Below are positions 39,091-49,498 of a stretch of DNA of 64,000 nt, piece after piece. The stretch comes from a virus (lineage: Duplodnaviria; Caudoviricetes), in the IMG/VR virus record IMGVR_UViG_3300020576_004326, positions 22,919-86,918 of that record, one strand, 5' to 3'. The position numbers and the translations under genes are program-made. The notes under the pieces were generated by a model. That model did no database searches. It was not told where the DNA came from and saw nothing but the letters and a program-made list of their open reading frames with translations. Within the stretch, counting starts at the first letter, position 1, and the number at the start of each line of letters is the position of its first letter.

Positions 39091-39813
39091 AGAAGGCGAG
39101 CAAGACGTTCTACGCCTACTCCGAATACGGAAGATGGGTCGTGTCGGTGTACCACGACGGCGCGCTGTACATGCGCTGCGACCACTCTAGTCGGCAGCTG
39201 TGGGAGAAGCAGGTGCTAGAGCTGCTGGCGGCTGGCTACGAGGAGGAAGAGCGATGACGCTGTACCAGCGATGCATCTCGGGTGAGTGGTACGACGGGCC
39301 GAGCCTACTCGCTTCTATGCTGGCCTTCGTAGACGCGTACGGCATACGCGTAACGGGGTTTCGCGGAACCACGATGACGATCGGGATACCGATCCCGCGA
39401 CTAGTAAGCAGTAAAGTATCCATAGACCTATTCGTTCCTCAACGGCTGCTCGAAGACTTCTACTACGCCAACGGGAGCGCAGTTCTAGGCAGGCGCCCTG
39501 ACATAGAAGAGCTGTCGAAGTTCGTGTCGTTCGCCAACGACGCCTTCACCGCCAATCTCGTCAACGACCACCTACGACAGCGGGAGCAGACGCGTGTGAT
39601 GAACGGTGGACCGTCTCTGCGCAGCTCTCTGCTATTCGCTTACACTGGAGCCTACTCAGAAGTGCTGAGCGAACCCATGTTCGAACTGCACGAACTCGAA
39701 CTGGCGGAGCTTACGCGATGAACAGGAGGTCGCCCTTGAAAATTTTTCTGGCGGAGGTGCCGTAGTAAATTCATAGTAGTCTCCAGCATAGAATCGAAAA
39801 AGGAGTAGCTATC

Positions 39814-40614
39814 ATGAGCAAATTGGTACAAGACGAAAAGCCGCAGAATACGAACGGCGATAGCCACATAGCAGATCCTAACAGAAAATGGGAGTTCGAT
39901 AAAGACGTCACAGACGCATTTTCCATGATGATATCCTCGTCAATACCCGACTGCCGGAACATGCGCAAGTGGGTGCAGTCGCTGGCCTCGAATCACCTGC
40001 GCACCCGGGTAGACCCAGAACACATGCGCGGCGTCACCTACGCGCGCACTGGGAGCGCGCTAGACATCGGCGCCAGCCGCGGAGACGCCGTTGCCGACCT
40101 CGTCGCCGACTACCCGATGTGCCGGTTCCACCTCGTCGAGATAAGCAAGCCGATGGTGACCGTGCTGCACCAGCGCTTCGCCGACTCGAACAACGTGAGG
40201 GTCGTTGAGGGCGACATGTCGGAGGAACCCACGCTCGTCAACTCGTCGCGCCGAGGGCACGACCTGGCGATGTCGATCCTGACGCTCATGTTCGTCCCGA
40301 TCGAGTGCCGCCAGCGCGTGGTCCAGGCCGTGTACGACTCGCTGCTGCCGGGTGGCATGTTCATCGTGGTGGAGAAGACTATGGGCGAGACTGTCGTGGG
40401 GCAGGAGCTCCTCGTCGCCCAGTACCACGCGTTCAAGATGGCCTCGGGATACACGGCAGAGAACGTCGAGCGCAAGCGCCTCTCGCTCAAGGGGTCGCTC
40501 GTTCCTACGAAGCCTTCGTGGGTGGAAGAGATGCTGCGAGACGCGGGCTTCGTTCACGTAACGCGCTTCTGGCAGGCCCTGCAGTTCGTAGGGTGGGTTG
40601 CTTTCAAGCAGTAA
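39814..40614 (+). CDS. cmoA: carboxy-S-adenosylmethionine synthase, CmoA-like
   Basis: WEFDKDVTDAFSMMI..SIP, LDIGAS.G, LTLMFV, LLPGGMFIVVEK, FKMASGY..ENVERKR, AGF...FWQ.LQF; colinear with E. coli CmoA as recalled. Confidence 0.85.
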   Translation: MSKLVQDEKPQNTNGDSHIADPNRKWEFDKDVTDAFSMMISSSIPDCRNMRKWVQSLASNHLRTRVDPEHMRGVTYARTGSALDIGASRGDAVADLVADYPMCRFHLVEISKPMVTVLHQRFADSNNVRVVEGDMSEEPTLVNSSRRGHDLAMSILTLMFVPIECRQRVVQAVYDSLLPGGMFIVVEKTMGETVVGQELLVAQYHAFKMASGYTAENVERKRLSLKGSLVPTKPSWVEEMLRDAGFVHVTRFWQALQFVGWVAFKQ

Positions 40615-40625
40615 GGAGAAACGAC

Positions 40626-40913
40626 ATGAACTTCGGACAAGCTCAAGAGGTACTAGAGAGTGGCGGCCGCGTCGCTCGCGCCGGCTGGAACGGCAAGGGC
40701 ATGTGGCTCTCTCGCGTAAGCGAGAACTGGAGCGGGTCGCTGAGGTGCAGAGAGAATCTGCCGCCCAACTTCGCGGGGTACCTCCCGTTCTACGTGATGT
40801 ACACGGCCGACGGCAAGCTCGTGCCGTGGCTCGCCAGCCAGACCGACCTGGCCGCCACCGACTGGGTGGTGCTAGTCGACGGAACAGTCGCGCACGAGGC
40901 AGTCTCGTCATGA
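40626..40913 (+). CDS. DUF2829-family protein
   Basis: MNFGQA...GGRVARAGWNGKGMW...PWLASQTDL.ATDW. Confidence 0.85.
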   Translation: MNFGQAQEVLESGGRVARAGWNGKGMWLSRVSENWSGSLRCRENLPPNFAGYLPFYVMYTADGKLVPWLASQTDLAATDWVVLVDGTVAHEAVSS

Positions 40914-41707
40914 GTGCCGCCGCAGAAACGGCGCAGCCGTCCCTCGACGATACCCACCTCGTAACGAAGCTCAGCGAGGCGGCTCTGCTGATGAAACCCG
41001 TGGTAGAAGCGGCCGGCGTAGCCGAGACGCCGCTGTTCTCTCCGTGGAGCCGGATGGTGCACGGCACGTCGCCGCTAGTAACGAACGTCGAGCGCTGGTA
41101 CCACGGGCCGCGACACCCCGCGCGCATGTGGCAGGCGTACCTCGACCTCTTCCAGCCGCGAGCGTTGGCGGAGCAGAGCCAAGACGTCGCCCGCTTCTGC
41201 ATCTTCCACGACATCGTCTACGGCGTGGGGCGACCGGGGGAGGTCGAGGCGTACTCTGCTAACGAGTATGCGGTGTACTGCGCCGGAGAGAGTGATCCTC
41301 CCTCCCCCCGTCGCCTGGCCCGCGTCTACGAGGCGATACTGCGCACTGCAGACTACGCGAAGCACACCCCGTACATCGACCACTTCGTCGCGGTGTGCCT
41401 CGACCTCGACCTGTACGAACTGGCTACGGATCGCTACTGGGTGAACTCGGTGCTGATCCGCCGCGAGATGAGCGCGTTCTCCGACGATCAGTTCTTGGCG
41501 GGCCGCGTCGCGTTCCTCAAGTCGATGCTCCTTCGCCCCCAGCTGTTCTACCTGTTGCCTCAGGATCACGAAGACGCCGCTCGTCGCAATCTGGCGGCCG
41601 AGCACGACGCGCTCGTGGCGTACGGAGAGAAGCGGCTCCCCTGGGAGAACTGGCCGCACAACCTACCCGACTTCGTAGACCGCGCTTCGGTTCCCGATAG
41701 CGTCTAA
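40910..41707 (+). CDS. HD-superfamily phosphohydrolase (COG4339-like)
   Basis: RWYHGPRH, FHDIVY, LDLDL, IRRE...F.AGRVAFL. Confidence 0.75.
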   Translation: MSAAAETAQPSLDDTHLVTKLSEAALLMKPVVEAAGVAETPLFSPWSRMVHGTSPLVTNVERWYHGPRHPARMWQAYLDLFQPRALAEQSQDVARFCIFHDIVYGVGRPGEVEAYSANEYAVYCAGESDPPSPRRLARVYEAILRTADYAKHTPYIDHFVAVCLDLDLYELATDRYWVNSVLIRREMSAFSDDQFLAGRVAFLKSMLLRPQLFYLLPQDHEDAARRNLAAEHDALVAYGEKRLPWENWPHNLPDFVDRASVPDSV

Positions 41708-42186
41708 CCCGAGGGTCTGCCGTGACCGTGACTAAGATACCCCAGTACAACCCCTACGGCCAGGTGGCGCGCCAGATACGCGCGCTGCTTCGCCTCGAGG
41801 TACAGTACCCGCCCGAAATCCGCGAGAAGTTCGAGTGGATGCTGCGCGTCGACGTGCTGGGCAAGCCCTTGGTGGTGGGGCGCGGCGGCGCCAACACCAT
41901 CTTCTGGGCGTTCGGGGACCGCGAGCGCGAGCTTGCGTTCCCCGACCCCGCCCTGTCGTACTTCGACAGGCTCGCTCGACAGGCGTTCGTCGCATACGAC
42001 GTTCACTCTGAGGGCAAGCGTCGTCGGCGGTACGACAGGGAGAAAGCGCTCGCGCTGCCGCCGATAAAGGGGGGCGAGATATACGGACGCGGGATCGACG
42101 GCTCAAGGGTGCTCGCCTACAGGGCGCGACGCACCATGTCGAAGACGATGAAGTGGATGCCCTGCAAGAACTGAAAGACTACTACC

Positions 42187-42783
42187 ATGAAGCTGTTTCC
42201 TAAGCTGCAAGAAATCAAGGACGAGATCGCACTGTCGTGGGCTCGCGGCAGACCCTTCCTCCTACAAGGAGGGCAGCGCGGCGGCAAGACTACGATGGCG
42301 ACGTCGTTAGTGGCCGAGGTCGTGCTCTGCGAGGCCCCCAGCCCCCGCGTGTACTTCGTCGCTCCTACCGTCAAGTTCGGCAAGGCCGTCGTCGGCGGGT
42401 TCCTTGAGGATCGAGGAATCAAGGTGCTGTACAAGACTCCCGATCAGCTGCTGATCAGCATCGAGGCGGCTCGTCGCAACCGCAAGCCGCACCCCATTCA
42501 GGACGGCGACGTCGTGATCCTCGACGAGGCGTTCTGGCTAGGAGAAAGGGCGCAGCGCCTGTTCTGGCTGGCCTCGCGCCAGACGGCTCGCGTTCTGGCC
42601 ATCGGGTCGGCGGGCACTCAGCCGTGGAGCTGCGACTCGCTCATCCACAAGTACGCCACGTGGGAACTGAACCCCAGCATATCGCGCCAAGACTTGACCG
42701 ACGAGTTCGCACGCGACCCCGTCCGCGCAGAGCGCGACTACGGCATCCCCGACGTCCGCAAGTCGAAGGTCTTCGAGCTTTAG
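42187..42783 (+). CDS. stand-alone terminase-like ATPase (TerL paralogue with no nuclease domain)
   Basis: GGQRGGKT, VILDEA, ATWELNP...DEFARDP..AERDYG similar to TerL PTWEANP...DEFALDP..AWRDYG. Confidence 0.7.
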   Translation: MKLFPKLQEIKDEIALSWARGRPFLLQGGQRGGKTTMATSLVAEVVLCEAPSPRVYFVAPTVKFGKAVVGGFLEDRGIKVLYKTPDQLLISIEAARRNRKPHPIQDGDVVILDEAFWLGERAQRLFWLASRQTARVLAIGSAGTQPWSCDSLIHKYATWELNPSISRQDLTDEFARDPVRAERDYGIPDVRKSKVFEL

Positions 42784-43556
42784 TGATAGAAGGGAGAACA
42801 GAAATCATGAAGCTCTTAGCTTTCGTGCCTGTGGCGCTGAGGAAGTAGGAGGTGCACTTCGCGTTCTCTACGTCGGTCGGCGGCGGGTACATCTCGCTGG
42901 CGGCCAAGTGCACCCTAGCGATCACGGCGCGCGTCGGCAAGACGCCGTCGGTTCGCAAGCGCAACGGGTCTGTGGTGGGTACCCTGCCGCAGGCCGAAGA
43001 ACTCGTGCGCCAGGGCCTGGTGGTTCGACGCCGCATCTTCCTAGAGCTGACGCCCGCAGGAATCGAGGCATGCGACGCGCTGGGCATCGCGCGCAACTAC
43101 TACCCCTCGACGGGGCCAGGAGCAGCGCCCTACACCGGGTCGGGGCCGATAGACCCCGTCGGGTACGAACTAGACGCGGCGGGCCGCATTCCCGCAGGGC
43201 CGCCGCTAGACTTGAGGAGGGGCTGATGAAGATCACCGACCGCGTAGCTTTCTGGATGCACAGCGACCCGCTAGGAGTGGGTCTCCTCGTGATAACGATC
43301 CTCGTGGGAGCCTACACGCTGGGGTGCTGGCTATGGTGAGCGTGCTAGACGGCGTTCGCCTGTTCGTGGGGTTCGTGATCGGCAAGGCCGTCGTGGTTGC
43401 CCTGCTCCTCCTAGCGCTGGTGACGGCGCTGGGGCTGTATATGCTGTGGACGCACCTCGCGGTGAAGTACCTCGGCTACGAGTGGCAGAGGAGTTTCGGC
43501 TACTCGAAACTAGTGTCTCCGAGCGACAGGAGACACTCGCGAAACGAGAGAAAGTG

Positions 43557-44081
43557 ATGGGCGCTACTCGCTACGCCACCCAACAGTGGCTCACCGACTA
43601 CACCGTCGCCTCGAACTTTATCGAGGGCATCGACCGCGACCCCGTGGCCCTAGAGCGCGAGGTGAACGCGCTCGACGAGCTGATCGGCACCCCCTCCCTG
43701 GGCTCGGTAGAGATGCTGCGCTTCCTGTCGGTCGTGGAGCCCACGGCTCGTATCCGCGCCGGCGCGAAAGACGGCGTAGCGGTTGGGAGCCACGTGGCTC
43801 CGGCCGGTGGTCCCCACATGTACCGCGAGGTCGCCGACCTGCTCATCGACATATCGCGCAGCGACACGAACCCCGTCTTCACGTACGCTGCCTGGCAGCA
43901 CCTGCACCCGCTAACCGACGGCAACGGACGCACGGGCCGCGCGCTGTACGCCTGGCAGAACATCAATCGCCGCAATCGCATCCCGCTACCCAGCTTCGTG
44001 CACGACTACCACTACGAAGTGCTGTCGAGCCTAGATCGCGCCGTCGTCGGCAAGGGCTGGCGAGGCCTAGTCGTTCGATGA
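43557..44081 (+). CDS. Fic-domain protein
   Basis: HPLTDGNGRTGR matches the Fic motif. Confidence 0.85.
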   Translation: MGATRYATQQWLTDYTVASNFIEGIDRDPVALEREVNALDELIGTPSLGSVEMLRFLSVVEPTARIRAGAKDGVAVGSHVAPAGGPHMYREVADLLIDISRSDTNPVFTYAAWQHLHPLTDGNGRTGRALYAWQNINRRNRIPLPSFVHDYHYEVLSSLDRAVVGKGWRGLVVR

Positions 44082-45046
44082 AGAAGCTGCTAGCGTTCGA
44101 CGGGACGGCCATACTGCGCAGGAGCATCGCGGGCGCACCAGACCTATCGCGCCCGTCAGACGGCACGGTTACAGGCTCCGCCGTCTCCTTCGCCAACACC
44201 GTGATAACGGCGATACAGCGCTTTCGCCCCACGCACGTCGTCTTCGCCTTCGACGGCCCTGGCCCCAGCTTCCGCACGCTAGTCGACCCGCGCTACAAGG
44301 CCATGCGCGAGAAGGCCGAGTTCGACGACTCTCAGCTGGCGCAGATGCGCATGATGCGAGACTTCGCCGCCTGCGTAGGAACCTGCGTAGACTCTGCACC
44401 CTACGAGGCCGACGACGTGCTCGCGTCGTGCGCGGCGCAGTTCGACGGCAGCGTGGTGCTGGTGGCCGCCGACAAAGACTCGCACCAGTGCGTCACCGAA
44501 GACGGGCGCGTCACCGTCTACGACTGGACGTACAAGAAAGACAAGGTTCGAGGCGTAGTCATAGACGCCGCGTTCGTCACGGCGCGCTGGGGGGTGCCTC
44601 CCCACCTAGTCGCCGACGTTCAGTCTATAGCGGGCGACGGCACAGACGGCGTGGGCGGCGCCAGGGGTGTGGGCGTCAAGACCGCTGCTCCCCTAGTCGC
44701 GCAGGCCGGCTCCGTCGAAGAGTTTCTGTGCCGAGCGTCCGACTTCTCTAAGAGCGGCTCGGTGCTGCGCAAGCACGCGACGCAGGCCTTCTCCGTGTTC
44801 TACGCGGCCCGCCTGGTGCGCATGGTCACCGACGCACCGCTGCCCAACTTCGAAGACTGCCGACTGCGCGGTAACTGGGTGACGCGCGCCGCCTCCCTCG
44901 CCCACGCACTGGAGGCAGACCGCCTAGTATCTCGACTGTCGACGGCGTTCCGCGTGCCGCTGCGCAACCTCACTCCTGATCCGCGGTGGGCTGCGCGCAG
45001 AGCTCCTGTCGCCAAGAGCAAGAAGCTGTTTGGAGGAAGAAGATGA
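44078..45046 (+). CDS. 5'-3' exonuclease / flap endonuclease
   Basis: LAFDG, FAFDG, YEADD, DKD, GDGTDGVGGARGVGVKTA (H3TH). Confidence 0.9.
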   Translation: MKKLLAFDGTAILRRSIAGAPDLSRPSDGTVTGSAVSFANTVITAIQRFRPTHVVFAFDGPGPSFRTLVDPRYKAMREKAEFDDSQLAQMRMMRDFAACVGTCVDSAPYEADDVLASCAAQFDGSVVLVAADKDSHQCVTEDGRVTVYDWTYKKDKVRGVVIDAAFVTARWGVPPHLVADVQSIAGDGTDGVGGARGVGVKTAAPLVAQAGSVEEFLCRASDFSKSGSVLRKHATQAFSVFYAARLVRMVTDAPLPNFEDCRLRGNWVTRAASLAHALEADRLVSRLSTAFRVPLRNLTPDPRWAARRAPVAKSKKLFGGRR

Positions 45047-45580
45047 GCCTGCGACGAAACGCGAGGCGCCTGCACCGCAAGACGGCGGAGGTGACTCCCA
45101 AAGAGATTCTGTACGACGTGGGAGATCACCGCGTGCAGCTTCTTCTCAACGACGTCACCCTAGTGTTCACGCGGTCGGTGCCGCTGTCGCGTGCGTGGCT
45201 AGAGCGCACCAACCGCGCTCTGGAGGTGTTCAAGCTGGGTGCGATCCTCATGAGCCCGATCAAAGACCGCACCGACCTCGTCGCTCTCACGTGGGGCATG
45301 ACGCTGCGCGCGAAGGAAGCGGCAGACATCAAGTGGGGTGTGGGGCTCCCGCCGACGCCCACGGCGTCTCGCAAAGAGATCGAGGAGAAAGACCCAACCA
45401 ACGCCGTCTCTCCTTTCTCGCAAGTGTGCACCGTCGTAGTTGAGGTGCCTCCAGAGCCCGAGGGCGACTACCCCTAGAAACCACGGGGAGGGGTGCTAAA
45501 AATCGTTAAAAGTCTCTAAAAATGGCGCAGAAATGCGCCATTTTCGCGTTTTGAGCGTTCTCTTTTCGTTCTAGGGCCTC

Positions 45581-45609
45581 TTTACAGCTCCGCTAGCGCC
45601 GAGTAAAAT
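45581..45609 (+). promoter_or_regulatory. sigma70-type promoter
   Basis: TTTACA-N17-TAAAAT downstream of an AT-rich intergenic patch. Confidence 0.7.
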
Positions 45610-45688
45610 AGAGCTAAGGGAGAAGCGCGACCGATTCGGGGCGCACCCTAGCGGCTCCAAATAGTCCGCGCATTTCAGGAGAAAAACG

Positions 45689-46225
45689 ATGGCTCGCAAT
45701 ACGACGAAGACGACGAAGACGACTGCTCGCAAGGCGAAGGAAGAGCGCAAGGTTGCCGCTATCGGCGAAGTGCTGTCGAAGACGGCCACCTTCGACGCCG
45801 TCGCCGAGATGGCGAACGAGGCGCTCGGCGAGAACCTCGCGCTCAATCGCAAGCAGGTCGCCGCCGCCATCGCCGCCTACCACGACGTCGTGGTCGGTCA
45901 GGTGATGCCCGGCGGCGCCGGCAAGGCCAAGATGCCCGGCTTCGCCGTCTTGGTGGCTCGCAAGATCAAGGCCAAGAAGGGCGGCCAGAAGGTCGTGTCC
46001 TTCGGCGTCGAGCGGGTGACGAAGGACAAGCCGGCGACCGTGCGCCTGCGCATCAAGCCGACCACCGCCCTCAAGCGTTCGGTGATTCCGAGCAAGCTGC
46101 TCGCCGTCCTCGACGACATGAAGGCCAAGGCGCGGCGCGCCTCCGCCAAGAAGCGCGAAGCCGGCGCCGCCAAGTCGACCAAGTCGGCGAAGGCGAAGAA
46201 GACGACGAAGCGCCGCGCGGCCTGA
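45689..46225 (+). CDS. HU/IHF-like DNA-binding protein with Lys-rich tails
   Basis: PGFAVL.ARKIKAKKG...KPATVRLRIKP..ALK; histone-like termini. Confidence 0.75.
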   Translation: MARNTTKTTKTTARKAKEERKVAAIGEVLSKTATFDAVAEMANEALGENLALNRKQVAAAIAAYHDVVVGQVMPGGAGKAKMPGFAVLVARKIKAKKGGQKVVSFGVERVTKDKPATVRLRIKPTTALKRSVIPSKLLAVLDDMKAKARRASAKKREAGAAKSTKSAKAKKTTKRRAA

Positions 46226-46309
46226 CCGCCTCGACTGCAACGACCTACCGAGGCGGGACGATTTCGTCCCGCCTCGTTTCGTATTTCGATCTAACTGGAG
46301 AACACGAAC

Positions 46310-46891
46310 ATGGCCAAGACCCGCAAGACTTCTGCCGCTGATGCCCCTTCGCCCTTCACCCTCGAAGGCGCCAAGTTCTACAGACCGATCATCGAGGCGG
46401 CGGTCAAAGACGCTCTCGCGCAGTACGGCGTCCGCATGGTTCATTGCAAGATGCACTACGGGGACACGTCGAAGGCCACCATCGAACTCGCAGGCAGCGG
46501 CTCGCTCGACACGAGCGACGCTGCGGCCTACAAGAAGTTCGCCGGCCTCCTGGACATGCCCGCCGACGCGCTCGGCAAGACGTTCGTGAGCGAGGGTAAG
46601 ACGTACAAGATCGTGGGGCTGAACCCGCGCAAGAAGCGCAAGCCCGTGGTCATGACTCTGATCGGCGACGTTCACGCGAATCGCCGCTGGTACGGCACGG
46701 TCGAGAGCGTGCTCCTGCGCCTAAACGCCGCGAAGGCCGCGACCGGCCTCGCCAAGAAGTTCAAGGAGGACGGCAAGAAGACGAAGGCGCCCAAGGTCAA
46801 GACGCCGCCCGCCAAGACTTCTGCCCGCACCGGCAAGCGCCTGTCGCCCAAGGCGAAGGCGAAGGCCGGTCGCCGCATCTCGTCGTTCTAA
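46310..46891 (+). CDS. hypothetical protein
   Basis: GGAG RBS; strong GC3 bias. Confidence 0.6.
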   Translation: MAKTRKTSAADAPSPFTLEGAKFYRPIIEAAVKDALAQYGVRMVHCKMHYGDTSKATIELAGSGSLDTSDAAAYKKFAGLLDMPADALGKTFVSEGKTYKIVGLNPRKKRKPVVMTLIGDVHANRRWYGTVESVLLRLNAAKAATGLAKKFKEDGKKTKAPKVKTPPAKTSARTGKRLSPKAKAKAGRRISSF

Positions 46892-47586
46892 GAAGGAGAA
46901 GTAAGATGCCCTGCCAGACATACTCTACCCAAGAGCTGCTCGAACAGTCTGCAGATCAGATCCAGATTTTCCAGCGCCGCCTCTGCGCGATCCTCACCAT
47001 CCTCGACGCCGACAAGCTGACGAAGCGCGTGCTCGCGAACCTGGGAAACAAGTCTAGGTACCCGCGCGCACGGCAGGCACTGCTGCAGTGGGCGCACTCA
47101 CCGTTCTAGCAACGAAGGGAAAAAGAATGAAAGAGAGCCACTACGACCTGCTCGCGACTGCGATACCGCGACGCAAGCTGTCTACCGCCATCGACCTGCT
47201 GGCCGAACTCGGCGTCAGCGACTTCAAGGTGCTCGCGCAAGCCCGCAAGTCGGGAGCCGCGCCAGACGCCGCGGCCAAGAAGGAGCCCGCCAAGAAAGAC
47301 GGCGCCCCCACTGCGTTGCAGCTCCGCAACGCGATCCTCGACGCGCCGAATCCGAAAGACATTCGCTCGGCGTCGCTCTCGGAGCAGTTCCCGCAGGCGA
47401 AGCCGTCTGCGGTATACGGTGCGTTCGCCGACCTCGTCAAGGCGAAGCTCATTCGACGCAAGGAGCGCGGCGTGTACGCCGTGACCTCCCGCGTCGCCAA
47501 GGACGCGGACGGGTGATCGCCCGCGCCGCGTTAGACCGCTGTAAGCGTACTTCGACAAACTTCGACACGTAGAAAGAGACTGACAC

Positions 47587-47958
47587 ATGGCTACCAAGGC
47601 AAAAGTCGAAATCCTCGGCTCCATCGGCTACCGCTCCATCTGGACGCTCAACGACCTCGTCAACGACAAAGAGACGGGAAAGAAGAAGCTGAAGGTGCGC
47701 TACTACGCCTTCTGCATCGTCCACGGCCGCAACCCGATCTGGACCGTCTACACGATCGACGGGCGCATCGTGCGCCACGCCTCGAGCAAGGACATGATCC
47801 AGAGCTTCTTCCCGAAGCTGTCGATGCGCCGCACGATGGCTAGCTGGAGCCTCATGAGCCCCGAGAACCACTCTATCGACAAGCGCGTCGTCGAGGTCTC
47901 CGAGGCAACCGGCAAGCGCATCCCGCGCAACATGCTGTCTCCGCCCGAAGGCGAATGA
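47587..47958 (+). CDS. hypothetical protein
   Basis: GC3 bias; followed by a hairpin at 47969-47996. Confidence 0.6.
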   Translation: MATKAKVEILGSIGYRSIWTLNDLVNDKETGKKKLKVRYYAFCIVHGRNPIWTVYTIDGRIVRHASSKDMIQSFFPKLSMRRTMASWSLMSPENHSIDKRVVEVSEATGKRIPRNMLSPPEGE

Positions 47959-49231
47959 GGCAAACGCAGCGGGGCGGGCTACAGAGCCCGCCCCGCGCAC
48001 GCAGGCTCGAGGAGACAGCGAAGTGAAGAACCGAAGAGGATGGATCGTATACCGCACGGTCCCCGACACGAACCCGCCGATGATCGCAGACGTGGTCAGA
48101 GTGTTCGTGGGAACGAGAGCCGAAGCGAGCGCGCGGTTCTACGTCAAGGACCAGAAGCAGCCCGGCCGCTACGCCGTCTGCTACGCACCCGTAGTCGAAC
48201 ACGGGCCCCTCGCCAAGGAGGTGTACAAGGTGCGCCGCCTCCCGATGGGACAGTCGTTCGACGACCTCGAGATAGTCGCCAGCTCGTGCGTCATGGGGAC
48301 GCTCACGAGCATACGCGTGCAGACGCCCGACGGCGTCGTGTACCGCACGCCGCTAACGTCGTCGCTGCGATCGGAGCTCAATCGCCTCCGCAGCGTAAAG
48401 GGCACTCGCCTACGCGCCGTGTCGCACGGCTACAAGCGAGTGATCCACGAGTTCGAGATAACGCGCGCCGCTTCGTCGGCGCTTGCACAGCAGACAGAAG
48501 ATCGCTGAGGAGAGATACTATGGACTTACAGGACATGCTGCCCGGCATTCGGGTTCAGGTAACCGCACTCGCTCGCAACGGAACCGACGGCATGATCGTT
48601 CCAGATCGCGTTAAGTATGCGCGACGCGTGCACGCGCTGGGTCTTCTGTACAGGGCCGTGCCCGGTCACGGAGGTGACGTGTGGTTCGTATCGCACGAAG
48701 ACGGAACGGTGGCGGCCTACAGCTACACCGAGCTGTCGCGCGCTACAGAGTCTTCGGTAGACTTGCTAGCAGAGTTTCGCAGCAGCGTCGCACTTGCACG
48801 CGACGCCGCGCTAGTCGCTAAGTCGGAAAGCGTGCGCAGCACGTTCCTTACTATAGCCGAGGTGTGGTCTACCGCGGAGAAGCGGCTGCTCGCGAGCGGC
48901 CTGCTCGACGCGGGAGAGCAGCGGTGAAGCGCCTCAATCGCGAGGGGTTCTGGCACAGCAAGCACGAACCTCACCTACCGAAGCCGCGAGTCTGCGTAGA
49001 CGCGTGGCCGTCCGAAAATTTCGTCGCTAACCTCAAGGAGATAGAGAAGAAGGCGGTTTCCAAGTCGTATCGCGGATTCAGCACCTGTCGCGTGTGCGGC
49101 ACGTCTAACGGCTCGCGCGAGTTCGTACACTCTGGGTGGACGTGGCCCTCGGGCTTCCGGCACTACGTCGAAGAGCACGGCGTTCGCCCGTCCCTCGCAT
49201 TCGAAGAGATGATCAACCAGGAGCAGCAGCA

Positions 49232-49498
49232 ATGATCAACGAAGAAGGCGTACCCACCAAAAAGCCCCGCGGCTTCGCCGCCATGTCCCCCGAGAAGCGG
49301 CGAGAGATCGCCTCGAAGGGAGGCAAGGCGGTACCCGCGAGCAAGCGGTCGTTCTCGAACCCCGAAGTCGCCGCCGCTGCTGGGCGCAAGGGTGGCTCCC
49401 GCGTTCCCGCTCACAAGCGGGCGTTCGCCGCCAACCCCGAACTCGCTCAGCGCGCCGGAATCCTCGGCGGGCTCGCTCCCCACAAGAACGGAAAGTAG
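49232..49498 (+). CDS. KGG-repeat stress-induced protein
   Basis: RGFAAMSPEKRREIASKGGK plus repeated GRKGG. Confidence 0.85.
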   Translation: MINEEGVPTKKPRGFAAMSPEKRREIASKGGKAVPASKRSFSNPEVAAAAGRKGGSRVPAHKRAFAANPELAQRAGILGGLAPHKNGK

